Of a stretch of 64,000 nucleotides of DNA, positions 13,711 to 25,800 are shown in pieces. The DNA lies in NCBI RefSeq assembly GCF_009834535.1, contig NC_045697.1, forward strand, positions 4,404,001-4,468,000. Reading direction: 5' to 3'. How positions within the stretch are numbered: the first letter of the stretch is position 1; every line of letters starts with the position of its first letter. The DNA is from Camelus ferus (lineage: Eukaryota). A program made the translations under genes and the position numbers. The notes under the pieces are model-generated. The model worked only from the letters and a program-made list of their open reading frames with translations, did no database searches and was not told the DNA's origin.

Positions 13711-16667
13711 GGAGTGCAGCCACTATTGTATGGCTGTTCTCTGGGCCAGTCCATGGAAGGAGCTTCTTTGCGGCAGGCCCTGCAGTGGTCGCCTTAATTC
13801 ACATAATCCGTGCAGCCTTCTGTGGTGGGAGGGTTTCCTCTGGCTCAGGTGACATGCCTTGATGTAGGTCCTACAGGCCATAAGGGGTGGAGCCAGGATT
13901 CCACTCTGGGTCTGACAGTGAAGTCCAGGCTTTCTGGGAGGCCCGCGTTTTCAGGGGCAGGAGACTTGTTGGTCATGGAAGGCTTCTTGGAGCAGGTGGT
14001 GATGTGGCTTATACACCTTTAGCAGGCTAACATGAGGTCAGGGTAAGAAGAGCAGTGGATTGGGAGTGAAGAGGCTGGGTTCAAATCCTGCTTTCGTGTG
14101 TACATCTGGATTAGACAAACCCTCTCTGGGCTCCATGTCCCATTTGTACAATGGGGAGGTGGGACCAGATGGCCTTCCTCAGCATCCCTTCCAAGTCTGG
14201 AGCTTACTCCTTCTCTACATCAATGTTTGCTAAATATTTTTCTCTTGGGGAAGCCTGTTGTCTGACTACCAGCACCATCTCCCTCCTTGAGCTCCCTTCC
14301 TGTTTTCGGGACGCCCGTGGGTGTCCAGGCAGGTGTCCCTGTTCATGACAACAAGGGCTGTGCCCTGCCTGCCATTTTGAAAGACTAGCTCTTTCTGGCC
14401 ACCTGGGCTATCAGTGCTGCTAGCAGGTTTACCTGCTGGGGGAATGTCATGAAGGAAGACCGGGGGCCTGACAGGGCTGTGTTCACCAAGTCTTCCTGGG
14501 TGTTCAGGGGAACCTTAAGCCAGTCTGTCTGTGAGAGCCTGCATTTCCCTACTTGTAAATGTGGAAGTATTCTCTCCCTTAATCTCTTTGACCTCCTCCT
14601 CACTCCTCCCACCTCGATTTTCACCCCAAGGGCAGTGGGGAGCCAAGGGTGATGTGCTTCCCATTTCTGCAGGAAAGTAGCCCTGTGAGTGATAAAGGAG
14701 CTTGGCAAGTGTTTGGAGAGATTCAAAAATAGATTAAAATATAAAATACAGCTTGATTCAAGCTTTAGGAATTCTGCTTTGTCCCTGTTCACTTGGACCA
14801 TAAGTTCTATGGGTTTGGCCTCCTATAAAGTTTACATCCACGCTCACCTCAGGCCCAATCATCCTCCACCAGATGAGGACACAGCCTCTCACTGTCTCTG
14901 ACTCTGGGGCCTCCTCCAGGCAGCCCTCCGTGCTGACCTGGAGGAAGTGATCTGAAGTGCATGGGTGTCTGACCTTGCCCTTCTAGGCATAAACCTCTCC
15001 ACAGCTCCACAGCTGTGCTCAAGGTCAAGGAAAACCCCTTAAGTGATTTATTGTCCTTCCTCTCTTACACTAGACCTCCAGTCACACCAGGGCAGCACTG
15101 TGCCTTGTTCATCGCTGCACCTTTAGTGCCTGGGAAAGTATCTGGCACTTAATAGTTTCTCAGTAAATGGTAATGATGCTGCCTGCCACTGTATGTCTGC
15201 TGAGCAGGACACATCCGCCGTTAGGAGTTTCAGTTACAGCCCTGTGGGTGTCAGTATTATTATCTCTTATATGAATGAGGAAACAGATTCAGAGAGGATA
15301 AGAATATTGATAGGATTGAAAACGATCATTGAATAAATACATGGTTACCCTCTTAACATCTTTAATGAGAGCCTGGAGGCATCTGTTACTTCACATGGAA
15401 AAAAAAAGTCTGAGCCCTGAGTCTGAAGTCTTTGCCAGGTGCAGAGGGAGCCCGGGACTGGCAGGCACACTGCAGGTGTGGGCAGGGTCCACCTGCCTGG
15501 GCAGAGCTGGATGCGAAATCCAGTCTGTGCCAGGCACGCTGCGGTGAGCTCTCAGCTGCAGTCAGGCGACCACCATCTTTACCAGCTGTGCAGCGATGTA
15601 GTGACAGTGAAATACTCATGGGACTCTATCACGCAGGGTCTGCCGATTTCTACTCATCATTATTTTTCCACTGTGAACATTTAAAACTATTCAAAATTAA
15701 AATATTGCACAAAGAAAAAAACCACCAGCATTCAGCTCTATTCCAAGCACCCTGAACCACTGTTTTAGTGTCCTTGCCAGCATTGTCCAGCGGCAGCATG
15801 CACCCGTTGTCGATGAAACATTTGGCTTTTCACGTGGGATGAAGGGGTCTGGTTTGGAGCTCATTTTTTTTATGCCCTGATTCTGTTACTCCTGAGCTGT
15901 TGAACTCGGGCAAGTTCCTCAACCTCTCTGAGGCCTTAGCAGTCCTCTAGAGAACCCTACCCATAAGGAGGAGGTGGGAGATAGATGAAAAAGGGCTTGA
16001 TCCAAGCCAAGGAGTTTGATTTTCACCCCGAGGACAGTGGGGAGCCAAGGACAGTCTGTGAATACAGTTTACTGTTTTCTAATTCTCAGAAAAGTAGTGA
16101 TAGTCGCCAGGATCAAGGGACCTTGGATCAGAACTCTAGGTGGCTGAGGGTGGCCATGGACAAGGGGGCAGTTGGGGCTGCATGGGGCGGGACAGAGGGT
16201 GAGGAGGTGGCCAGAGGGGGACTATCAGCAAGAGGAGACATAAGAAAGCCATTCTCAGCAGGCCCCTGGGAGCTGGGCGTCTAGTCTAGCTGGGGAGTGC
16301 TGAGGGGCCTGAATGGGAGACAAGGGTCTGGACCAGGTGAGAGGGGGTTTTACCCTCCTGGAAACCTGCTCAGGAGAGCCTGGGGGTGGGCTGGGGGCAC
16401 ACTGCAGCTGCTCCAAGGGGCTTCGGGGAAGAGCTGGGACTTAGAGATGGGGAAACTGAGGCTCCCAGCGGCTGTGCGACTTCTCCAGAGTGACTCAGCA
16501 GGTTGAGAGGTACAAGCCCAGGTCCCCTGCCTCTCTGCCCGGTGGCCCACTTGGTCCACGCTGCCCGCTTGCGAGGACAGAGGGACCCCACTGTTACACC
16601 TGAGGACGTGAAGCTTGCGTTTTCTTTCTTTTGTTTTCAGGTGAATGAGTTTCTTTAAATTTTCTTT

Positions 16668-16804
16668 TAAATATGTATGCATTTTCCCCCATGGGGGGGG
16701 CAATTAGGTTTATGTGTTTATTTATTTTAATGGAGGGACTGGAGCTGGAACCCAGGATCGTGCATGCTGAGCATGCGCTCTACCACTGAGCTATACCTTC
16801 CCCC
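16668..16804 (-). mobile_element. tRNA-Ala-derived SINE (camelid Vic-1 type)
   Basis: Reverse complement reads GGGGAAGGTATAGCTCAGTGGTAGAGCGCATGCTCAGCATGCACG..CCTGGGTTCC..AATAAATAAA..AAACCTAATTGCCCC, with A box, B-box-like motif and tail. TSD aattttcttt at 16658-16667 and 16807-16816. Confidence 0.85.
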
Positions 16805-19745
16805 TCAATTTTCTTTATTAAACATCTACTGTTTGCCCATGACTGTGCAGTAGCCTTTAGGGTGTGAAATCTAAAGGGGCAGGACGGCCGCCCCCTCGGG
16901 GGAAGGCTTCCTCTTTTTGGAGCGCCGCTCTCCAGTGAGAGGGAGTCAGCTCGGGCTTTGGACTGAACTTGAGGTGCATGCCTCCATCTCTTCACACTTA
17001 TTTTTATTATTATTCTTATGGACATTTAAAAACAGATTTAAACAAAATTTCTTCATGACTAGGGTTATAGGGTATCTCAGGAAGGTGGCTTTTGTTTTCT
17101 TAGACACAGAGCCAAAGCCCAGGGCCGGCCAGCGTCGGCTGAGGGTCCGTGATCCTCTCTCGCTGTGCCCAGAATCCCTGCCGGCTGCCCTGCCCTCTTG
17201 TCAAGGTCATTTTGTACGTGGTGATGCTTATTCTTGATCATCATTGTGTTTTACTTCTCAGTTGATTATTTGGGGAAGTCTGTCTGTGGTTCGGACAGAG
17301 CCGCAGCCCTGCCCTGCATGTAACTGCCCTTTATCCAGTGCTCGAGGCCTGGGTCAAGAAACATAATCCTTTTGCCACATAGGACATGATTGCAATGACT
17401 GGTGACATTGGAATAGGAAATGTGTCAGTGACAAAGTTTCCTGGTCTCGATCATTGTGTCGTGAGTTCATAGTGCCCTTGGTGTTGAGATGAAAGCCACA
17501 GCACTTAGGGTGGGGCGTCATGAGGCCTGAAGTGCACTTCCAGATGCTTCACAGAAATAGACAGATATGTATAGAAATGTGTCTTTATAGACACAGTTGC
17601 TGTGGGGCCATGTGAACGATGGGTGAGTCTAGGTGAAGGTATGGGATGTTCATTATACTATTCTCGGAACTTTTCTGTAGTTTTGAAACTGCAGATTGAA
17701 AAGTTTGTACAAACGTACTCCCAGTGGGAGAGGCGTGCTGAGAACCAGCCGTGTCCACCTGTCCACTCTGTGGCCTCCGGCATTTTCTGTGTCTCAGTCC
17801 CATGGAAGCGGAGAGAACTTCGTGCCCTGCAGTTCAATTCTGACCAGCCATTTGGGGGCCAGTCTTGAAATAGGGGCACAGTCTTCTGACAAAATTCATT
17901 CTTCCCTCTATAGAGAAATCATTGCATCTTCAGAATCTCCTTTTGGGTCAACTTTCCATAAAAATTTCACTTCTCTTCTTCTCTTACATTTTCCTTAAAG
18001 TTGTGTTGCCTTCTAAAATTACTCAAGTAGTATTTGTTGTTGTAGTTATTCAAAAGAGAGGAGAGTGAAGAAATGAGTAAACTCTTTTGTTTCATCCCGG
18101 GTGGGGTAACCCATGGTGGGCGGACGGTCCAGAATGTCTTCCTGTGCTCGCGGGAACACATGCAAACATGCACACGCAGTCTAGGAGGGCTTGGGTTATC
18201 TTTTCACTTTTTATCCTTTGTTAACCTGGGCTTCCTACTTTTCCTTGAAGACATAGCTTAGGGACTGCCTCCTCCAGGAAGCCCCCCAGGCTCTGAGCAC
18301 TGATCTTACTTCATTGCAGTCATCTGATTACAAACCGCCCTCCCTGCCAGATTTTGAGTAATGCAAGGGCAGCAGCTGTTTCTATTTCACCGTCTGCACT
18401 TGAGCCGGGAGCCCAGGAGGTGCACAGTCAGGGTTCATGGAGTGAACAGGTGGGTAGAGGAGCCATCCCGGGCGAGGAAGCCACATGAACAGAACCTTGC
18501 AGGTAAGAGAAGACTTCTCGTTTAAACATTTCCTCTAGACCCTGGGAGGAGAGTCGCAGGGGCCTGGACATGTGGGGACAGAAAGTCACTTAGGGAAACG
18601 TGGCCACTGCCACCCTGGGGCTCCCATTCCCTGGCTGATTCTGTCTTGGTGCTGATGCCCTGTGTGGCAGGGCTGATGGGATGGCCATGAGGACCAAGGG
18701 TGGGGCTGGGGCCAGGTCCTCCCTCCTCCCCAAGGCCCAGTACAGGCTTAGCCCACTGGAGGTCTTGGGGACAACAGTAAGCAGCCTCAGCCAGGGTTGC
18801 AGCAGCACAGGGTTTAGATGTGGGCCTGGCCCAGGTCTCATTATCCTTCCGTGACCCCGACTCCTTCCTCATTAGAGGCCCTGTTTTCTGCAGCTGGGAG
18901 TTATTAATCCTATCTGCAGATCATCCAGTTGGTGCCAAGGGACCAGGTCACTGCCAGCTGGAGGAAGTTGAAAGTTCAGCAGGATGTAAAGCTGAGGGGC
19001 TGGCTTCATAGCCTGTGTTCTCAGGCGCTGCAAAGAAGAGCATCCCTTGCTCTGAGCAGCTTTCCCGGGTTCACCTTTCCATTCAGGCCAGAGGGCCCTG
19101 GCTCTTCTGCAGACAGTAGAGCACTGGACTGACATTTCAGAGGGTTTGCGTTAATGGAAGAGAGTGGCACGGTGTGGATGTGTCTAGGGAAGAGAAGTCA
19201 GCATCTTTTGGGGAACCTGTGGAGAAGAAGGGAGAAATTCAGCTTTTCTGTTAGTTTTTATTATGAATGATAAATATTAATAATGCTTGAGTATTAAACG
19301 TCTTCATAGCTTTGCAAGAATATACACTTCACCAGCTTCGAAATTAGCATTTTCCCTATTTAATGGAGGCACAAACTGAGTGGCAAAGTGACTGTGGAAA
19401 GCCAGGACTTGTTGACTCATCCCTGGTTCCGTGCTGGGCCCCGTGCGGGAGTTGAGACTTAGAGATGAAAGCAGCACAGGCCTAGTCTCAGGGCGCACCT
19501 GGTCTGGCGGGGCTTTGAGGTTTACCCGCGAACATGTACGACAAGTAAGGGTTCCTCTTCGTCTTCCCGCATCCATCATTGTTTCGCAGTCACTCCCTTG
19601 GAATTCGGTTCTGAACAAATGCTGACGTGAACTGAGATGGTTTACATGACAGCAGGCTCTGTATCCTTTTCTCTCGCAGCTTCTTGTCTGCCTGTCCACC
19701 GAGGCTGACGGTCCTTGATGGCTGGGGCTGTGTTGTGAGTACCTG

Positions 19746-20880
19746 GAGGTGGTGGGGAGGGTGGTGATGGTGATGGTGATGGTACTGGTGGTGGTATTGT
19801 TGCCAGTGGATGCAGCCGGTGTTCCAGGTTCTTGTCCCATCCCAGAAGGAATTCAGAGACAAGATGTACTGGTTAAAAAAAGTAAAGTGAGAATTAATTA
19901 AAGGATGAATAGTACACTCTCAAGAGGAGAACGGGCAGGCTCAGGTGAGCGGCTGCCCTGAGTTTCTTTGGCAAGTCGGTTAGTTAGGGTGTAAAAATGA
20001 ATGGGCAGAATATTCATTGGGGAGGGAAGGGTTTGGGGTCATATTCCCTGATTATCATCCCAACTCCACCTTCCCAAAGGGAGGAGGGATTTTTGTCCTT
20101 ATTTAGTCTGGATCTGAAGTGTCATAGCGTCGGTGCATGCTGGGTACTTCTAATCTGCAAGGCTAATTTTATTGTAATGAGGTCATAATGAGCAAAAGGT
20201 TACATTCAGACACTGGAGATTCCTGCTTTTTCTCACCTATCTTTGTTGGCCTCCAGGCTGCTTATCAGCCCAGAGGTTCCTGCTTTTCTTTCTCTGCCCA
20301 GGGACCCCTGGCTGCTTACATGATGTGTGGTTTCTTGCATTTGGCCTGTGCCCCTCCTTTCTGCCCAATTCCTGCCATTTGGTCTGTGCTCCCCTTTCTC
20401 TGCTCACATCTAGCTATCTGCCTGCTCTAACAGTATTGGTGGTGGTGGTAAGAGTGGTGGTGGTGTTTAGGGTGAGGGTGATGGTGTTAATGATAGTGAT
20501 GATAATGGTAGTGGTGGTGGTGAGAGTGATGGTGGTGTTGTGTTGCTGGTGGTGAATGATGGTGATGGCGGTGGTGTTTAGGGTGATGGTGATGGCAGTA
20601 GTGATGGTGTTAATGGTGATGATGATGATGGTGGTGGGTTGGTGGGGAGGGTGGTGATACTGATGGTACTGGCGATGATGGTGGTGGTGGTGAGGGTGGT
20701 AATGGTGGCTGTGGTGTTTAGGGTGATAGTGATGGTGATGGTAGGGAAGGTGGTGAGGGTGGTGATGGGGATGGTGATGCTGGTGGTGAGGATGGTGGTG
20801 AACATGATGTGGTAGTGGTTATGGTGGCGGGGGTGATGATGTTAGGGATAATAGTGGCTGTGGAATTGGTGGTGGTGTAG
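19746..20880. repeat. Degenerate (GGT/GAT)n low-complexity tract, interrupted by the solo LTR
   Basis: Visible ggt/gat trinucleotide repeats at 19746-19797 and 20437-20880. Confidence 0.95.
19798..20432 (-). mobile_element. ERV1-class solo LTR (635 bp)
   Basis: TGTT...AACA termini and a perfect 4-bp TSD GTAT (19794-19797 and 20433-20436). Inserted inside a (GGT)n tract. Orientation inferred from resemblance to recalled ERV1 LTRs. Confidence 0.8.
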
Positions 20881-21061
20881 TAAAACTTAAAACTACAGGT
20901 CCATACTAGGCACTCTTGTAAGCACTCTAGCTGTCTGAATCTGTGTGGTTGTAACCACCACTAGGCCCATTCGCCCAGGGAGACACTGGAGGCACAGAGC
21001 CGCACAGTTAGTGCGTGCTAAAGTTGGATTCAAACCCTCGTCGGCTGGCTCCAGAGCCACA

Positions 21062-22090
21062 TCAGGATTACCCAGGTGTGATCATGAGACCTCCAGCATC
21101 ACATCACCTGGGAGCTCTGTGGAAATGCAGACTCATAGGCCCCAACGCAGGGGATCAGCATCACTCAGGGAGGGGACCAGCTAGGAAGTATTCAAGGAAC
21201 TTGTTCTCATGCACGTTAAAGTTTGAGAGGCGCTGCATTGAACTGCCTCCTAGTCTTGCTCTCAGTGGCTGAGTCAGCTTGCAACCCAGGCTCGTGACTC
21301 TGGTCTTGATATTCAGAGTGTCCTGCATGCAGCACAGTGTCACTTTAAACAGGACCTGTGCCTTGTCCCCTGGGCAGATGAAACCATCTAATCCAAAGGT
21401 GGTAGTGGGTGGTGGGGGAAGGGAGAGGGGAGGAAGGGTGGGTCTTCTCACTCTTCATTGTATGCTTGAATCCCCTGGGCATCTTGTTAAAATGCAGGTT
21501 CTGATTCAGTGGGCCTGGGGTGGTGCCTGTATCTCTTACAGGATCCCAGTGATGCTGGCACTGCTCGCCTGTGGACCCACTTTGAGTGGCAGAGCCCTAG
21601 GCAAGAGGTTGTCAGACTTGAACTAGCATCAGTGGCACCTGGAGGGCTAGCTAAACTCAACCCCAAGTTTCAGATTCAGCAAGTCTGGGATGGGCCTGAA
21701 ATCTTACAATCTAGCTTCCTGGTGATACCAGTGCTCCTGGCCTGGAGGCCACACCTGGAGCAGGCAGGGCCCGAAGCCAGCGACTTCCACTTCGGCTGCA
21801 CATTAGAATCACCCGAGGACCTTAAAAAACCACTGAGGCCTGGACCTCACTCCGAGATTCAGAATCAGTGGGGCTGATCGGAGGCTGAGCATCGGGAATT
21901 CTCAGCCGAGAACCACCTCTCCAGAGTCATTTTTTCTACCCTAATTGCCGGGGGAGGTGAGAATATCATACCATTCTTGTGCCCATCCCAGAAGAGTCTG
22001 ATTCAGTGGCTAAGTGGGGCCAGGCAGAGGCATGAACAATAAATTCTCCAGGTTTTTCCATTGAGCCATGGGGCTGAGAATGGCTGATCT
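21062..22090. mobile_element. Cluster of about five MER5A/MER5B/MER5A1-like MITEs
   Basis: Repeated MER5 motifs (atcacctgggagct..aaatgcag, ctgattcagt.gg.ctgggg, ctgcacattagaatcacc, gagaacca) at about 21062, 21438, 21600, 21775 and 21985. Confidence 0.7.
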
Positions 22091-22238
22091 GGACCAAGAG
22101 GTCCTGCCTGTTTCCTCGAGGCTCCTGTGCTGCTGGCCGTGGGCCCTGGGGGCCACTTCGTGCTCTGAGCCTCTCCTTCCTGCTCTGGGTGAAGGGAAGC
22201 ACCTTGCAGTCAGGGAGGCCTATGCAGTGTGGGTGGGT

Positions 22239-22398
22239 GGGGAGGGTGTAGCTTAGTGCTAGAGTGCAGGCTTAGCGTGCATGAGGTGCTGGGTTCAATC
22301 TCCATTACCTCCACTTGAAATAAATAAACCTAATTACCTACTTACCCCCCAAAAGCAAACAAACAAAAAAATCCAAAAAAAAAAAAAAAAGAAAGAAT
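22239..22398 (+). mobile_element. tRNA-Ala-derived SINE (camelid Vic-1 type) with A-rich tail
   Basis: GGGGAGGGTGTAGCTTAGTGCTAGAGTGCAGGCTTAGCGTGCATGAGGTGCTGGGTTCAATCTCC...AATAAATAAACCTAATTACC followed by poly(A). Confidence 0.85.
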
Positions 22399-23409
22399 TA
22401 GAGACCTACACAGAGACCCCACTTCTGCTGCTCCCCGCTGGGCTGTGTGACCTCCAGGAACTTAGTTGACCTCTCTTCACGTATAAAACAGGGGAAATAA
22501 ATTATTTGCTCCGAAGCATTGCGTGAGACAATGTTTATAAGCAGCTTGCATGGTACCTGAACGTGGGAGCCACCCTTAAGATCAGTAGCTACGGACACGT
22601 GGGCATTACTGAGTGTCTCATGCAGCAGCTCTCCAGCGGGGTGGGGGGGGTGGGGGCAGGAGAATCACGGGGGTCTTTAGGACCTGGGTCTCTGTGGTCT
22701 TTGTTAGCCTTCCAGGGCTTCTGATGCCCAGCAGTGTGAACACCACTGATATCATAATCTGGTGGCTGTTACTAGCTAGTAGTAAGGAGGGCACCCAGAC
22801 TTCTGGCCTGGGGGACTGTTGGGGTCTTCCCCGGGGTGAGGAACATGGGAGAATCACAGCTGTGAAGGCGGGAGGTGGGGGGCCCAGTTCTGGGCTGCCT
22901 AGTGTGAGGTGTCTCTGGGCCAGTGTGGGGAGGTACAGATGGCAGTTGGGGACATGAGTCTGAAATGCATGAGACAGTCCTAGGCTGAATGACTACTGTC
23001 TCTCAGGAAAGGCTCTGGTTCTTCAGGACTTAGAGCTTCTTGCATTGTACTGTGACATTAACTGTCAGTCATACGAGTGAGATCCATTTGCGGGATCTGG
23101 TGGGATGTGGTGTGCTGTGGACTGGTTCTGGGTCTCACTTACTGTCTGCTTTGTCCCTCAGGCCGTGGCTCTCAACACTCCGATCGCTGCCTCCCCTGTG
23201 CGTTGTCAACCCCTGTCCTCACCTTCTTTGCCCTCCCTTCCCCTGACACCCTCTCTGAGGCTGGCTGCCTCTCTGAGACTGTGGTTTCTGGTTTAATTTT
23301 TCTGGTCGGGCCTGGTCATGGCTGTACTTGGCAAGCTCTGGGCATGGATGTGGCTCCTTTCAGCCCTGAGGGTTTTGTTTAGTTCACTTGCCTAATGGTT
23401 AAAAATAAA

Positions 23410-24263
23410 TCATATATGCTCAACATCACTAATTGTTAGAGAAATGCAAATCAAAACTACGATGAGATGTCACCTCATCCTGGTCAGAATGGTCATCATC
23501 AAAAAGTCTACAAATAAGAAATGCTGGAGAGGGTGTGGAGAAAAGGGAGCCCTCCTACACTGTTGGTGGGAAAATAAATTGGTGCAGCCTCTTGGGAAAA
23601 TAGTATGGAGGTTCCTTAAAAAACTAAAAATAGAGTTATGATATGATCCAGAAATCCCACTCCTGGGCATATCTGGAAAGACAAAAACTCTAATTTGAAA
23701 AGATACCTGCACCCCAGTGTTCATAGCAGCACTATTTACAATAGCCAAGACATGGGAGTAACCTAAATGTCCATCGACAGATGACTAGATAAAGAAGATG
23801 TAATACACGCACACGCACACACGATGGAATACTACTCAGCCATAACCATTGCCATTTGCAACAACATGGATGGACCTAGAGATTATCATACTGAGTGAAG
23901 TAAGTCAGACAGAGAAAGACAAATATTATAAGCTATCACTTATATTTGGAATCTAAAAAATAACACAAATTAATTTTTTTACAAAGCAGAAGCAGATTCA
24001 CAGACAAAGAAAACAAACTTATGGTTACCAAAAGGGAAAGGGGAGGGGGAGGGATAAATTATGAGTTTGGGATTAACAGATATTCACCCCTATATATAAA
24101 ATAGATACACAACAGGGTCCTACTGTATAGCACAGGGAACTATATTCAATATGTTATAATAACCTATAATGAAAATCTGAGAAACATACATATAACTGAA
24201 TTACTTTGCTGTACATCTGAAACTAACAAAATATTGTAAATCAACTATACTTTAATTTAAAAA
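23410..24263 (+). mobile_element. 5'-truncated L1 (cetartiodactyl-type 3'UTR) with ORF2 C-terminus
   Basis: ORF 23444-23641 ([28 protein letters not shown]) is the L1 ORF2 Cys-rich C-terminal region. It is followed by 3'UTR text (ctactgtatagcacagggaactatattcaa...tcaactatactt) and an A-run. Confidence 0.92.
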
Positions 24264-24359
24264 CATGTGTGTGTGCACACACACACACACACAGAGTTGC
24301 TAGGGCTGCTGCAAGGAGGTGCCACAAGATGAGCGGCTTAAAGCAGAGACTTATTCTCT

Positions 24360-25800
24360 AGTGGGTGTGAAGTGTCATCTCACTGTGGTTCTGATTTGCG
24401 TTTCCTTAATGCCCAGCGACGTCGAGCATCTTTTCATGTACCTATTGGCCATTTGAATATGTATATTTTCTTTGGAGAAATATCTATCCAAATCTTTTGC
24501 CTATTTAAAAAGTGAGATTGTTTGTCTTTTCATTGTTGAATTAAAAGAGTTCTTTATATATTCTGGATATAGGCCCCTTACTGGATATGTGACTGGCAGA
24601 TATTTTCTCCCGTGGGTTTTATGTTCGTTTTGTTTATGCTGTCTGTATTAGTTTCCAGAGGCTAATGTAATGAAGAATTACAAACTGGATGGCTTGAAGC
24701 AACAGAAATTCACGCTCTATAGTTCTGGAGGCCAGAAGTCTGAAGTCAAGGCCTCGGCAGGGCCGTGTTCCCTCTGAAGGCTTGTCCTGCCTCTTCGGCT
24801 CTTGCGGCCCCGGGCATTCCCAGGCTTGGGGAGATACCACTCCTAATCTCCGCCACTGTTTCCACATGGCCCTCTTCCCTGTGTGCCTCTGTGGTGTCCG
24901 CTTCTCTTCGTATAAAGACTTTAGATCTGGAATGACCTCATCTCGAGGTCCTTAACTAATCACGTCTACAAATACCCTATTTCCAAATAAGGTCACATTC
25001 TGAGGTGGACGTCAATTGTTGAAGGACAATATTCAAACCACTACAGTGTCCTTCAAATTTTAAAATTTTGGTCAGGTCCAGTTTATTCAATTTTTCTTTG
25101 TCATTTGTGCTTTGTGCTATCTTGTCTGAGAAACCATTGCCTGATCCCAGGTCACAGAGGTTTATTCCTTATATGTTTTCTTCTAAGAGTTTTATAGTTT
25201 TAGCTATTGCCTTTGGGGTTTTGATCCATTTTGAGTTAATATTTGTGTCTGATGTGAAGTAACTGTCCAGCTCCATTCATTTGCTTGTGAACATCGAGTT
25301 GTCCCAGGATCATTAGTTGAAAAAGACTATTCTTTCTTTCTCAGTTTGTCTTGGTACTCTTGTCAAAAATCAAATGACCGTAGATGTAAAGGTTTACTTC
25401 TGAATTCTTAATTCTATTCCATTTGTCTCTATGTCTGTCCTTAAGCCAGTATCATGTTACCTTGATTGCTGCAGCTTTGTAATGAGTTTTGAAATCAGGA
25501 GGTGTGTGTCCTCAAACTTTGTTCCTTTTGTTTTCAGGGTTTCATGTTGGAATGTGAATTTCAATATGAATTTTAGGATTAACTTCTTAAAGAAGTCAGC
25601 TGGGATTTTGATAAGAATTTTGTTCAATCAGTAGGTAAATTTGGGCTTAACCATATTAAGTCTTCTGCTCCATGAACATAGGATGCCTTTCCGTTTATTT
25701 GTAATCTTTAATTTCTTTCAACAGTATTTTGTATTTTTCAATCTTGTATTTCTTTTGCTAAATTTACTCCTGAGCATTTTATTGTTTTAGATCTTGTATA
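24360..25800 (-). mobile_element. Old antisense L1 ORF2 fragment interrupted by a MaLR LTR
   Basis: Antisense L1 text on both sides of 24644-25045, e.g. ttttcttctaagagttttatagttttagct. Confidence 0.8.
24644..25045 (-). mobile_element. MaLR (MLT1B/C-like) solo LTR nested in L1
   Basis: TGTATTAGTTTCC...ACCACTACA termini and a 5-bp TSD ctgtc/gtgtc with 1 mismatch. Confidence 0.8.

Noticed and set aside
19304..20805. Thr/His/Val-rich ORFs (mucin-like or poly-His)
   Set aside because: Translations of the (GGT/GAT)n simple repeat.
22239..22312. tRNA-Ala-like sequence (also 16735-16804 on the minus strand)
   Set aside because: Degenerate stems followed by a SINE-specific body and A-rich tail; these are SINEs, not tRNA genes.
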